Of a DNA stretch of 64,000 nt, positions 25,197 to 38,560 are shown piece after piece (position 1 is the first letter of the stretch; every line of letters begins with the position of its first letter). The stretch is from Squalus acanthias (taxonomy: Eukaryota), in the NCBI GenBank assembly GCA_030390025.1, contig CM059427.1, positions 57,722,001-57,786,000 of the forward strand, written 5' to 3'. The notes beneath the pieces were generated by a model. The model saw nothing but the letters and a program-made list of their open reading frames with translations. It was not told the DNA's origin and made no database searches. The position numbers and the translations under genes are program-made.

Positions 25197-28134
25197 AAAT
25201 GATGTAATGTCTGCTTGGCTGTGTAAAGCTGATCTGGTCTTCCCCACAAGCCAGCCGAATCCACCTTTAATGAATGGGGCCAGATTGAGTCAGCACCATA
25301 CATGCTGTTGATGGTTCTCAGGAGCACAGGTACCTACATCATTACAAAGTGGAAACTCCCATCAATTTTGTTTTTTCAAAAAAACAGGGACTCCCAGGGA
25401 CACTTCAACTGTCGCATTCCCCTAGGTTGCTGCACAAGCCTATGTAGCTGGAGAAGAAAGCTCTGGCCTTTTGATATTCCTTAACAGAACTCTGCTTCAG
25501 CTCCCAAGGTGTTCCGACCCTCAGAACTGCCAGAAAGCGGAGAAAGATTTGACCCGAATCACTGGTGTACAATGTAAACCACACGTGTAGACTGAGAAAA
25601 GCAAAGAAAAAATTGTTATTGTTGATCATGAAACAACACTTTCTTTATGATGTCACAGTAACTGCTCTCTCTCTCTCTCGCTCTCTCTCAAAGCGCACGG
25701 CCTACTTGTGATGCCGTGAGGAAGCTCAGTCATCCGTAACATTTAATACTTTCCCCATGATTAAAAGGAAAGGCTTTGGCGCACCTCAAGCCAGCTCACC
25801 TCTGGAATTCTGTGCGTGTGGCCAGAGAATGTGTGCCGCAGCGTGTACCCCACTTAGAAAGACACTCGTAAGCTGCCGTTAACTGCGCCTCCGTTGAATT
25901 ATGGGGCCCTTTCTTCCTTGTGCAATGAGCTCCAAAATCCCGTTGTCACCCTCCCTTTTCACCGGGTACTCTGTACGAGGCACATGCACAAAATTCACAC
26001 AAATAATTTTACATTTTGCATCCCAAAGAAACTCAGTTTTCTGGCAAGTAAACGGAAATTATATTTAAGCTTCTGACTCAGCATCTTGAATTATAGTCCG
26101 CACAGCTTCATTGAAACCTTTACCAAAGGTATGCAAAGCAATAAAGTTTTTTCTTATAAAATCTGTTAAGATTTCAGCCCACCGTGTCTGCAGGTATTAT
26201 TGTGTTTAACTCTTTGTGCTGTTCTTTTTCGGTTGCAGTCTTTCAAAGCATTAAGAATTATACTTTGTTGAAGTTGCTGTCAAACCACCGCCCCCCCCCC
26301 CCCCCCCCCCCACCCCTGAACTGATCTCTGTTAGGATTGGCTTTCTTTCAAATTTGATGATTTCCAAGGTTTAATATTTAATCATCCATGATAGGATCAA
26401 TTTATGATCACAACTGGAATGCTGACTATTACTGTAACTGCTGGATAATAGTGCATGGTGTGGGGGTCCCTCAGTGGGATAATAGTGCATGGCGTTGAAG
26501 GGGAACCTAAGGAGGTGTAAAAATAACCTCAGAACGTTGTGAAGTAGACATGTAGAAATACAGTAAAATAGTTTTTATCACTGTTATACTTTTCACCTCT
26601 CAAAAAGCTATTTCCTATATTGAGATGGTGAAAATGACGTGTGAAAGCAGACTGGCTGAAGTGCAGCAGGCAGTGCCCATAATGGTGCAGACAGTGCCCG
26701 TGGTAGAGCAGGCAGTGCCCAGTTTCAAACGTGTGCTGCACTGCTGCAAGGAAGATTACCTTGTGGACAAACTATGTAAGAGTGGCCATGGAGGTGACAA
26801 TGTTTTCTAAACTGGAGCGACTCAATCTATTCCTGGACTTTCTAACATGTTGCCCCCAACTCTAGGAAAAGCTATCTGGTCTGTCCTGCAGGCATATCAG
26901 CTGTAGCTTTCATGTCAAATATCTGCAAAAACGGTTTGTCACATCCATGTTATTTTTACACTGTTATCTTCAGAAAAAGGCACATCCTTTACAAGGCTAC
27001 TTCTTTAAAGGGGCAGCAACAGCACATTAAAGGGATCTTTCAGGCTTGCACGGTTCGAAGAACAGACAGAAACCCCACCCCACCTCCTTCTGCTCAGCAA
27101 ACTGCAATGGAGAAATTTGGGACATTGAGGCAACTTTGGACTGTTGCAGAGTGACATTTACTGCGGTGTGTCCTCTTTCATTAGAAGGTCCAATAGGTAT
27201 CATAGCAAACAAAATATAGGTTTGCAGCACCAGACATAACCAGAGGTGCAATGGAAGGCATCACTCTGTCTTCCACCATGTATAAACATTAGAAACTGTC
27301 TTGCTGTACGATTTAAAATACTGACATTGCCCCTTTAAGTTATACTGTTAAATGGCAAGTACGGCTATTTTAAATTGTATGCATCTTTAACTGATGATAC
27401 TCACTTAGATGTGCCATTATTTTCACGGCTCTTTCGTACTGTACTTTTGGCATATCGCTGAGTGATAGTAGGGATGTAACAACTTGGCCTCACCACCAGT
27501 GGTTTGGGAGGGGAAAACTGGCCAGATGTCTCGTCGTGATATCTTGGCTCACCACTCCCCTCCTCTACCGAAGGTGTCCACCGATTGCTAGGATACAGCT
27601 TCATAGACACGCGTCACCATCATGTACTTCACCTCAACTATGTGAGGTTTGACTCTGTGTGCCAGCAAGCTATTTGTTCAAGAGGTGGGAGGGGAGGGGG
27701 GAGGAAAGTCAGAGTTGAACACAAACTTATCCTCATCTTATGTCCTCCATCAGAATGTTGCAGGTACCTTGTTTGTATTCTGTGATCTTCTCTTCTAATA
27801 ACACTAAACGGAACTGGACAGCCAATTTAAACCAAGCCGTGTCATCAATTTGATATATTCTATATACAGAAATGATCTGCAATTGTTTACATTTTCTTCC
27901 ACATCTGCGGTAAGAGTATTGCGAAGGATCGCAATTATCAATCTGTGAGCACCATTCAACGATGCCCTGAGACTCCAGAATATTTTTGCCAACATTAGGA
28001 AAATTGATTTTAATTTTTATTTGCTCACTAATTTTTCTCCACACCCCTCTTGCTTTGAAACAGTCTCATGGGTGTCGGTTTCCATCATGTACCTCACACA
28101 TGTGGCCATTAGTCATGTGTGAGCCTTTGCAGAT

Positions 28135-28425
28135 TATCAATTTTGACTGCAGGACTAGGGAGGGGTGGGGCTGGGGGTACGGTTTAGGTGGGGGCGGCAT
28201 CATATTTGAACCAGATATTATCCCCCCACCCCGCCTATGTCCATACAGGCACATTTCCAGCAGGGATTGCGGATTGCTGGATAACAATCAGGAATTGGAT
28301 CTCTGGACAATTTTCCCTGTCCCTAACCTGCAGTGATAAGGCTAGGTGCAGGATCCCCTATTGTCATTCAGCTGAGGTCAGCTAACTCAGCACAGACCAG
28401 AGATCAAACTTGGGCCTCTCTGTTC
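28135..28425 (-). mobile_element. SINE-like family X copy (5' part)
   Basis: Contains TTCCAGCAGGG..CTGGATAACAATCAGGAA..CAGCTAACTCAGCACAGACCAGAGATCAAACTTGGG. Confidence 0.7.
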
Positions 28426-28497
28426 TATATATTTAATCTACTCACTGGGCCATCAATGGTGCCCCAAAAATGTGTTTGCAAATTCCACACATGGTAC

Positions 28498-28836
28498 ATC
28501 TTTCAGATCAGACATTAAACCGAGGTCCCATCTACCCTTTCAGGTGGACGTAAAAGATCTCATTGCACTATTCGAAGAAGAGCAGGGAAATTCTCCAATT
28601 GTCCTGGCCAATAGTTATCCCTCAACCAACATCCCGAAAAAACAGATTATCCAGCCATTTATCCCACTGCTGTTTGTGGGACCTTGCTGTGCACAAATTG
28701 GCTGCTGCATTTCTCTACATTACAACAATGACTACATGTAAAAAAATAAATACTTCTTTGGCTGTGAAGCACTTTGGGATGTCCTGAGGCCAGGAAAGGG
28801 GCCATATAATTGCAATATCTTTCTTCCTTCTTTCTT
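28498..28836 (+). mobile_element. Deu-domain SINE (SacSINE1-like), 5'-truncated
   Basis: Contains TTAAACCGAGG..CAGGTGGACGTAAAAGATC..GAAGAAGAGCAGGG..GTCCTGGCCAA and an L2-like tail; homologous to 59063-59366. Confidence 0.85.
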
Positions 28837-30439
28837 TTATAACCGCATAAATAAAAATATAAATCGACATCACCCAGGAGTGTGCTATAGGCTGAGATCT
28901 GGCCTTGAAGTCCAGATGACTTTTTATAAACTACTCAAGCTTTACTTTCATGGTTAGTCGCATCACTCTTTGCCTCTCAATTCAGTAACCCAGGTATGCA
29001 ATATTCTGTCTTAAGTGGTAGAGGAGGCTGCTTTTCGCTGTAAAGCTATTACTCAGACCACTAAGGTTTCTGAGTCTTATCTACACGGTTAGTAATTTGA
29101 TACCCAATGTGTTTTTCAAAATTTAATTCAGGGTGTTTTCAGTTCAGTACTGAATGATCTTTTGTTTTCAACTGTAACGGCGCAATTAAACAAACTCTCA
29201 AGATGGGGAGTCAAGGGGGATGAGTTGACTCTGGGTGTGGAGGGAGAGGGGCAACAATGGTGCTCGATGTTGTATTGTCACACACAGATGTAGCGTGACA
29301 GGACACAGGCTTGACATCTGTTGTGACTTCCAACTGGTTCATACATTTATCCCACCTCTGACTCCTAAAAGGAACTAATCATGAATTTACATGGCAAAAG
29401 TCTTAGAAAAGGACAAAAAGATTTCTGCCGCAACATATCTGCATATTGTGGCATGAAAATCCTCCAACATGTGACATTAATAAAGGTCATGCTACTCACC
29501 ACTACCGTGTGAACATTTATATGTTACATATAATTAAGGATGTTATTTTATCAGCAGGTTATGGAGGTCACAAGTCCTCTGAATTTGTACCTGATCTGTG
29601 GTTCTTAACCTTGCTGCGTAAAAATTTGCTTTTAAAAAAAAAAATTACATTGTGTGTACAAAATTGACTCGAACAACGGGTCTGATTTTTTTTGTTTTAA
29701 ACTCTGAAATGCAGTTGTTTTCTTGCCAAATTGTGTTACCAATTATTGTGAAAGAGCTGTACAGACTGTGAAATAAACTGACATTTATAGGATAGTTTGT
29801 GCTATGTGTGTCTCTCCCCCTCCCCCAGTTACATGGTGCAACAGAGATAAGTCACGGCAAAAGCAACACAGATTTGCTTGTAAATAGGGTCTGTGACAGA
29901 CCATGGGTTTTGACATTTGGTGCCATTACCGGACTGCGATTTCAATTAAAAAAAATAGACTGTAACGAAACGACATCCTCGTTTATAATAAAAGACAGCC
30001 ATGTGCGAGGTATAAGGCAGTTACATAATCGGCGGTTTGAGATCATCTCCTACGTTTGCACAGTTTACAACATCTGGACGGCTCAGATCTTCAAATCGTT
30101 TTATACACAGTCGTTCGTTTTTGTTAATTTAAGTAAAATTGCAGTGATTTATTCATTTAAAGAATATATACAACTGCAGTAGTTATGAAAATAATAGTCA
30201 CAATGAATTCTTCCTTACATTCTGCAGCTATTAATGCGATATAAGCAAACACACATTTACCAGTGTGTTGTGATGGAAATAAAAGCTAGTAAGTGACTGA
30301 GTGCTACTTCTTCTCGCTGATAGGAGAAGCACAGGTGTGGCTTTTACCCCTCTTTACTTATTCAGCAGGGCTGGGGCCTCTGCCCTGCTTGTTTGTGCCT
30401 TGAGGAAGCAGGAGTGCTTGCTGGTAGCTCAGAGACACC

Positions 30440-31098
30440 ATATTCGCCCTTGCCTCAGCTCATTCGCTGCTGAAACCCTCATCCATGCCTTTGTTACCTC
30501 TAGGCTTGACTATTCCAATGCACTCCTGGCTGGCCTTCCACATTCTACCCATCGTAAACTTGAGGTCATCCAAAACTCGGCTGCCCGTGTCCTAACTCGC
30601 AACAAGTCCTGTTCACCCATCACCGCTGTGCTCGCTGACCTACATTGGCTCCCGGTTAAGCAACGCCTCGATTTCAAAATTCTCATCCTTGTTTTCAAAT
30701 CCCTCCATGGCCTCGCCCCTCCCTATCTCTGTAATCTCCTTCAGCCCCACAACTGCCCCCGCCCCCCAACCCCCACCCCGAGATATCTGCACTCCTCTAA
30801 TTCTGCCCTCTTGAGCATCCCTGATTATAATCACCCAACCATTGATGGCCGTGCCATCTGTTGCCTAGGCCCTAAACTCTGGAATTCCCTGCCTAAACCT
30901 CTCCGCCTCTCTACCTCTCTTTCCTCCTTCAAGACGCTCCTCAAAACCTACCCCTTTGACCAAGCTTTTGGTCACCTGCCCTAATTTCTCCTTATGTGGC
31001 TCGGTGTCAAATTTTTTGTCTTATAGCACTCCTGTGAAGCACCTTGGGACGTTTTACTATGGTAAAGGCGCTATATAAATACAAGTTGTTGTTGTTGT
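30440..31098 (+). mobile_element. L2 LINE 3' end
   Basis: Encodes AETLIHAFVTSRLDYSNALLAGLP...LHWLPVKQRLDFKIL...LWNSLP...FKTLLKT, followed by the tail AAAGGCGCTATATAAATACAAG(TTG)n. Confidence 0.95.
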
Positions 31099-34000
31099 TA
31101 TTCCTCAAAGCTAGTTCAACTCACTGAATGCTTTGACATAAGCAAGTTGAGGTTACCAAAGCAATGACTGTCACAGAAGGCTTATTACAAGGATATTTCT
31201 TCAGGATGAGATCGTTCACCACATTGTATCACGAAGCAGCCCCGTCGCAGACTTCCTCAGAGACTTCAAACCAGGTGTAACCGCAACGCACCTCTCAGCT
31301 GGATGGCTCGAGCTTCGTAGATTAAAAGAGCACCGCTCAAATCATAGGGACATTACATTTAAGATGCAGCGTTAATCCCATGTTCGCAACTTGCAGGAGC
31401 ATGTCAGCGAGGTTTCACCTCACTAAAATTCCAATTTCTATTCAATCTTGCAAAATTAACACGAAACGACGCATCAGCAGAATCCTCCCCCACTTTACTT
31501 CATTTATAAATTGCAAGAATGATGCCATTATATATTATTAATTTCTGCTGTTCGGCGCTGCAGTGATAGCACCGAGCCGCGGATGTTCGAGCTTTGTAAT
31601 TAGGTTCTAGTAGGGCAGCCATCCGTCCCTTTTCAAAAATTTACAGGATTCTTAATCACACTGCTCATTTGACTGTGCAGTAGCAAGTACAGTGAAACAC
31701 AAACAGGCCACGTTCGTTTACACAGGAACACCTGCTTAGCCTGATAGCAGATGTCACCGTGAAGAGAAAGAGAAAAAAAAGGGAAAAGAGAGATCAGCCA
31801 CGTGACAGCCAAATAATATGCTTTTTTTAATTTTCTTTTACTTCTGCTCCCAATACATATATTAACTCTGCCCAACCCTTTCCTTGATCATTTTCTTTTT
31901 AAGTTTGGTTACGTGACAACCGCCCCCCTCCAGACCCCCCACCCCACGTATTAAAATATTACGCTCACCCTCCAGTTTGCTTGCTTGTGATATAAATAGA
32001 GATTTATTTTTATTTTTTTTAGGTCGCATTTGCTCACTTCTTTATAAGAACCTGTAGCTCTGGAGGAAAATGTAAAAAATGTTTGACTTCCGTACCGTCA
32101 CTTGAGGTGGGGCGGACAAGGTTCCATTGGTTGCATGCAGTGTTTAGTGCCATTAAATGTGTTGGTGAAGATTTCCTTTATTTTATGCTTTTCCAGAAAA
32201 ATCATCAAATGCGATGGTTTAGAACGTGTGTTTAAGTTTCTCATACAAATACTGAACAGAGGAAATCTTAACAAATGTGTTTACGATGTCTCTCCACATA
32301 ATGCCCAGACGGATTCTTATCCCCAGATCTGTAAGTCAAATACATTTTGAAAAGTGGCAAGGATACAATTTTCTCTCAAATTTTCCAGGTAATGGGCAAG
32401 TCTGAATAACCAAAAAAAAAAGGTGGCTTTTTCCACATTGAGGGAAGCTTTCTTCGATGCTATCTGTTCAATAGGATGTCAATTTGTAAATGAGATGTGT
32501 TCCCTCTGTCATCTTTAAATTCAGGTGAGACTAATAGGTATGGTTTCTGATCCAGAAGTTGGAACTTATCGACAAAATGAATCCACCACAAGGACAGGGA
32601 GGGGCATTTTTATTCAAGAAAGGTACACCTGTTCCATTAAAGGGACATTAAAGGACCTTTTGTGACACTGTGGGAATCTTTTAAAGGCAAATTGTCAACA
32701 GAAATTTGTGTTATTTTTGAGACAGAAGCTCCGGCAGAGAGATGGTAAATATTGGGCCAATTAGGAGGTGTACAAAATGGTGACGGTAGTAAAAGCAGTG
32801 ATTCTGAACAGATTCAAAGAGTTACGTTGCATCTTAGGATGTTTCAAAAAGCAAGATGCTATGAAAAGTATGGCACTTCACATGCCTCTAACCATTTTTG
32901 ATCTCGACAAATTGGCCTGCATGTACATGCAGAAAAGTCTAGCTTGCAAGACAGAAAATCCGCACAGCATGGGTCCTTTAGAAAGTCATGATATATCAGT
33001 TACCAGAACACTATACTGCTGAATGCAATGAGAATTATTTTCTCAGACTATTAAAGTTTATTTGAACAAGTAAAAGGCTTCACCATTTTTGAGGTTTATT
33101 AAGTGGAATTGTCAGGATAGCAGAAAATGAAGCAGATTTACATATCACAGCACAGCAGCAGATCATAATATTGTGACGCACTGGAAAGCAGTTTCTTCAC
33201 TACATGGTTAATGTATATCCTTGGCCCCTGAACGAAGGTGTTTTGCAGCCCCAGTCCCAGTACTATGTTCAGTGCCCAGGCACGTGAAAGCGTAGTAGGG
33301 ACAAAGTATTTTTAGTGCCAAAAGCGGAGTGGGAGGTGCTTAACTTCACAGTTAGCTCTTTTTTTGGTATTATTGTGAATTTAACGTTAACATTTTTTGA
33401 TTCTTCAAAGTGAAATAGGCCGCAATGCTGAATTTCTTCCAAAGCCTTGCTCCCTTTCCCCATTCTATATATTGCAGCTTTAAGCCTTTCTCCATTATTA
33501 TGGACAAGCTTCCAGAGCTCTTAAGAATACAGGGCAAGGGACCCTTTGCTTTCACTGACATGCAGCAGCCATATGAGGAAGCACAAAGGAGCTCCAGGGG
33601 CTTTTAAACTTTGACAGCTTTGTATTTTGATTGCAATGTTAACTCTATTGCACATTCTGTAACTGTTGCCTTCAAATGGTGTGTTTGGTACTTTTGGTAC
33701 TCATAGTCCAGCTAGCTTTTCAGCCTAATCTGGAACTTTCATGGCTGAACTAATACTTGTTGCATTTGAAAATATATTATTTGTCCTGTCCAGTCAGTTT
33801 TTGAGATGGTCAGGATTTTTGTTCGCTGTCTGCATGCGCCCCCTGCTCGCAACCCCGCCCCCCCCATAGAAATAACCAGATGTTAGAAAAGGCCCTTGAT
33901 TTCAGTGTTTATTAATACTGTCTGAATGTAGGTTCTATTATTTACCAGTCAGTCAGTCAGTGCAGGTAGACCAGAGAGAGGCATAACTATTAACCCCCAC

Positions 34001-34789
34001 CCTTTTGGCAAGCTTTCCAAATGCACTGTGATTCTATCCCTATCAATACTACGGGCTTATGCCTGTGAGTGGGTTAAGGCTGAGGAAAGGACTGCAAGCA
34101 CACACACTCTCTTCATAAAACAGCTGGCACTGTGATCTGTTAGAATTGACATATTGATTGCTTCAAACGTACGAATGTCCATTTCATAAACTCCATTTTC
34201 AAAGCGTAGACACATTTAGAGCTCTGTCTTTTTTCCCACATGGATCAATTATATGCCCACGTAATCCTGTTACCTGTGAAATCCATGCATGCTTTCCCCA
34301 TTTGCTGCATATCCTAGGCGTGCAAGTTACATTATGTGGATATAAGCAAACAGTGTGTTGTGGTGAAATTAGGGATTGTTTTCCAACTGACAGCTCTGGA
34401 GCTGAGAGCGATGGCACCCTTTCCCCTCCCCCTGAGAGAGAATCAGAAGACAGATTACCAAGTTATTCAATCCAGAACCAAAAAATAATGGACTATGAAA
34501 ACAGTCCATTAAACATTCTGGAGATAAATAATCTACTTTTCTCAAATTTGCAGGTATGACTGACTACTCACGTAAGTTCTAGTCAGGAACTGGGCTGTGC
34601 AAAAGCACCAAATTAATGTGTTTTAGCCTGTTACTTGGGGCTTATATATATTTTTTTCTATTATTTGACGTATTCTTTGTATTATCCTCCATTTACAGTA
34701 ACAACATGGGACAAATAATTGCTTGCATAAACTGTATTGAAAAAAAATCTATCTAAACCAGTAACCTGTTGTATGAATGTTAGGTAATG

Positions 34790-34935
34790 CTCAGCTGTGA
34801 ATACCCTGTCGCCATTTACTATCTAGACTCTTACAAGAAGAATAGTCACCTGGGTGAGGTACTGGGCAGCCTGTCAGCATCATGAATCCATACCCAAGCA
34901 CCTTCAAGAGAGGAGGGGAGAAACTTGGGAGGAAA
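34790..34935 (+). mobile_element. Family X 3' fragment
   Basis: Contains GCTCAGCTGTGA..AAGAATAGTCACCTGGGTGAGGTACTG..AGCACCTTCAAGAGAGGAGGGGAGAAA. Confidence 0.6.
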
Positions 34936-35419
34936 GATGACACGTGAGCTGAATTATTTGATTGCTGCTTTTTTGAAACCTCTGTCTCTTTTTTCTGCGA
35001 TATTCTTCATTTTCAACAATACCGCTGACACCTGGCAAAACTTTCCTCTGCAGCAGTGGGGGAAAAGTTTATGTGAATAAGGATCAAATTGACGTCACTC
35101 TTGTGAACTACATAGCCTTCCGTGGGCTTGCAGAATTCTGGGGAACAGGGGTGGAAAACGAATGGAGAACATCACAGAATCACAACCTCGTGTGAATGAA
35201 GCCATTTACATCAACCCCCAAGGAACAGACCCCCTTACGTCAGGTCAGGCATGCTCCTGGATCCTTGAAACCAGGTTGATGGCTTAAATGTGCACAGGAG
35301 AAATCCCAGAAGATTACGTAACTGTGGCATCAGTTGTAAAAAGGGAAAGGGACAATTAGATTGTTTACTAACAGAATAATAAATGATTGTTAAGAATAAT
35401 TAATTATGGAGAAACTCTA

Positions 35420-36211
35420 CCCCACAACACTCGGAACACACAACACACCACACACAACACAATGCACACACACACCACACAACGCACACACACAACACAC
35501 ACAACACAACGCACACACACAACACACACAACACAACGCACACACACAACACACAAGCACAATGCGCACACACACAACACACAAACACAATGCGCACACA
35601 CACAACACAACGTGCGCACACACACAACACAACGCACACACAACACACACAACACAACACACAACACAACGCACACAACACACACACACAACACACACAA
35701 CACAACACACACAACACACACAACATAACGCACACAACACAATGCACACAACACAACACACAACACAACGCACACACAACACAACACAACGCACACAACA
35801 CAACACACAAGACAACGCACACACAACACAACGCACACACAACACACAAACACAACGCACACACAACACACAAACACAACGCAAACACACGCAAACAACA
35901 TAACACACAAACACAACGCAAACACACACAAACATAACACACAAACACAACGCAAACACACAAAACAACATAACACACAAACACAATGCAAACACAACAC
36001 ACAACATAACACACAAACACAATGCAAACACACACAAACAACATAACACAAACACAACGCAAACACACACAAACATAACACACAAACACAATGCAAACAC
36101 AACACACAACATAACACACAAACACAATGCAAACACACACAAACAACATAACACACAAACACAATGCAAACACACACAAACAACATAACACACGCACACA
36201 CACACACACAC
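35420..36211. repeat. Compound CA-rich microsatellite/minisatellite
   Basis: (CACAA/CACAC/ACGC/AATGC)n with longer repeated units; it accounts for the Cys/Val-rich and Thr/His-rich ORFs. Confidence 0.95.
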
Positions 36212-37499
36212 AGAGCTTGGCTTCTCAATGTCTCCTGCATCTATTTTCTACACTTCAGTGGTCCTCAGGCAGCTCACTCACACTAAACTTGTCGAATACA
36301 ATTTGTTTCTTGAAAGGTTCACAATATCCCAGAATACCTTATGAAATATTGCCTGACCTGCTCACTGGAGTGGCTTGACGAAGCACAAAGGAAGCGTCAA
36401 AATGTGGCTACATGCTTAGCGCGATCTACAAGCACTCGGTGCACCGTACTATTGTTCCAGTTAGGCATTAAAGATAAATAGCGGCGTGTTAACCAGATTT
36501 GACATGCTGTACAGAACAGGCATCTTCAGTTCCAGGACACAGCCAAACACAAAATACAAACATTTCTACCATCCACATCGGACTGAATCAAGCTCTGACA
36601 ATTTGTAAGAGTTTCAACCTTTGTGACTGGTCATGGAATACCAAGGAGGGGTATATATTTTTTGGAATAAGACAGCAGGTTTGACAGTGGTATATGGTTT
36701 AATTAAGGCTGCAAAGACCAAACTTCATCTTGTTCTCCCCTGCAGAAGCTTGGCTTTGTCTCGTAACTTTATTGAAGGAATCATTTTCATGTTATGATTT
36801 TAGGAATGAGGCAAGTGGCATGGCAGAAGTACACAGCTGAACTAACCCCGTGGAGGTTAGATTGTTCCCTCTTGCTACACAAGGCTTGGTTTTGTGTATA
36901 ATATTATGAAAAGAATAATTCAAACAGTATCTGTGTTACACCACACACTCTAGAAGATAGATTATACAAGATTATACAACTAAGCAAAACTTGTGCAAAA
37001 GTCATTCGAATTATCACAAAATTATTTTAGTGCCATTCGCAGTTAACTCCTAATCTAAACAATTAACCAATTATCATTGCCCCAATGCTAGGAAAAGTGC
37101 AGATTATTCCACTTGCTACTTTTTCCCACTTTTTTTTCTTTTTCTGGGAAAAATTGACAGATTTTGATCATTCCAGCATTTACAGGAGCTATCTAAAACA
37201 TCAATTCTCTGACGGAATCTGAACTTCAATGTCTCTTTCATTCACTTTGTACCCAATATGTTAAAAGATTCTATAAAGCATTAAAAAAAAAGCTCTCGGA
37301 CATAATCCAACAGGAGTTTAAAACAATAAAGACCCGGTCGGATGATACAGTGCAGGAAGTTTCCATGGGATCCGCACTGGAGTATTTTGGTCAAGTCATG
37401 TTGACTGCAAATTTACATAAAATACTAGGAAATAAAGTGCATGAATCAAATATAAAACCCATCCAACTAATTGTCTGATTTAATGAGCAAAAATAATAC

Positions 37500-38560
37500 A
37501 AATTAACCCATTTAAATAGAAGACAGGAACTATGCATTATACAAATGTGTTCATCTAAGTAGAGCACAGGTACTGTACGGATAAGTCTATTCAAATAGAG
37601 CACATACTGTACAAAAGTGTCCATTCAAATTGAACACAGGTACTGTACGGACAAGTCTATTCAAATAGAGCACATATTGTAGAAACAAACATATTAAAAT
37701 ACAGCGCATGCTGTGTAAATGTGTCCTCCTAAATAGAGCACATATTGTATAAACATGCTGACTTAAATAGAGCATGCACTGTTTAAATGTATTCCTTTAA
37801 ATAGACAATACAAAGTAAATGCGTCCACTTAAATAGAGGGCATATACTATATAATCATCTGCATGTCAAGCACACACTGTATAAATGTATTCATTTAACC
37901 AGAACAAATACTGGAGTTTGTATATTAACATATTTATTTTAAGCATATCCTGTCTAAATGTATCCACTAAAATTATATATTGTATAATTGTGTTGATTAA
38001 AATAGAGCACAGCTATCATATAAACTAACCTACTCAGGTAGAGCACACATTGTATAAATATTTAAGGAGAGCGCATATTGCATGAAGACATCCATTTAAA
38101 TAGAGCACCGTTACTACATGAACATCCATTTCAATAGACGCATACAGTACAAACACATCCTTTTAAATAGTTACTATATAATCATGTACACTTGAATAGA
38201 CCACCTGTAAGACCACTTGGGGGAAGTACCAGAGGGTCACCAGAACCTAATGGAACTGTCCCCTAGCATGAGGGGGAGGAATAGTTTGGTGGAAAAATTG
38301 GAGGAAGAGAAAAAAAGTAAACACTGTGTAAACATGTTTATTTAATTACAGAAAACAATTTATAAATGTTCCCATTTAACTACAGCACAGGTACTGTGCA
38401 AACAGATACATTTGTGAACTGTATAATCGTGTCATTTAAATAGAGTATAGACTTTATAAATGTACCCATTTATGTAGAATGTACTGTTTAAATGTGCTAT
38501 TTGAAACAGATCACAAGTACTGTACCAATGTCTCCATTCAAACCAAGCATATACCATGCA
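37500..38560. repeat. Degenerate ~34-36-bp minisatellite
   Basis: Recurring unit approximately AAATAGAGCACATACTGTATAAATGTGTCCATTT. Confidence 0.85.
38210..38305 (+). mobile_element. Family X 3' fragment inside a minisatellite
   Basis: Contains CCACTTGGGGGAAGTACCAGAGGG..TGGAACTGTCCCCTAGCATGAG. Confidence 0.6.

Noticed and set aside
25330-25612. Strong minus-strand acceptor at 25592/25591
   Set aside because: It reaches a stop after 23 codons, has only a weak donor, and such sites are common in long introns.
35387-36240. Long Cys/Val-rich and Thr/His-rich ORFs (up to 278 aa)
   Set aside because: They are translations of a CA-rich tandem repeat, open in nearly all frames.
37500-38560. Regularly spaced repeat resembling a CRISPR array
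   Set aside because: Vertebrate DNA, degenerate tandem units without unique spacers, and no cas genes.
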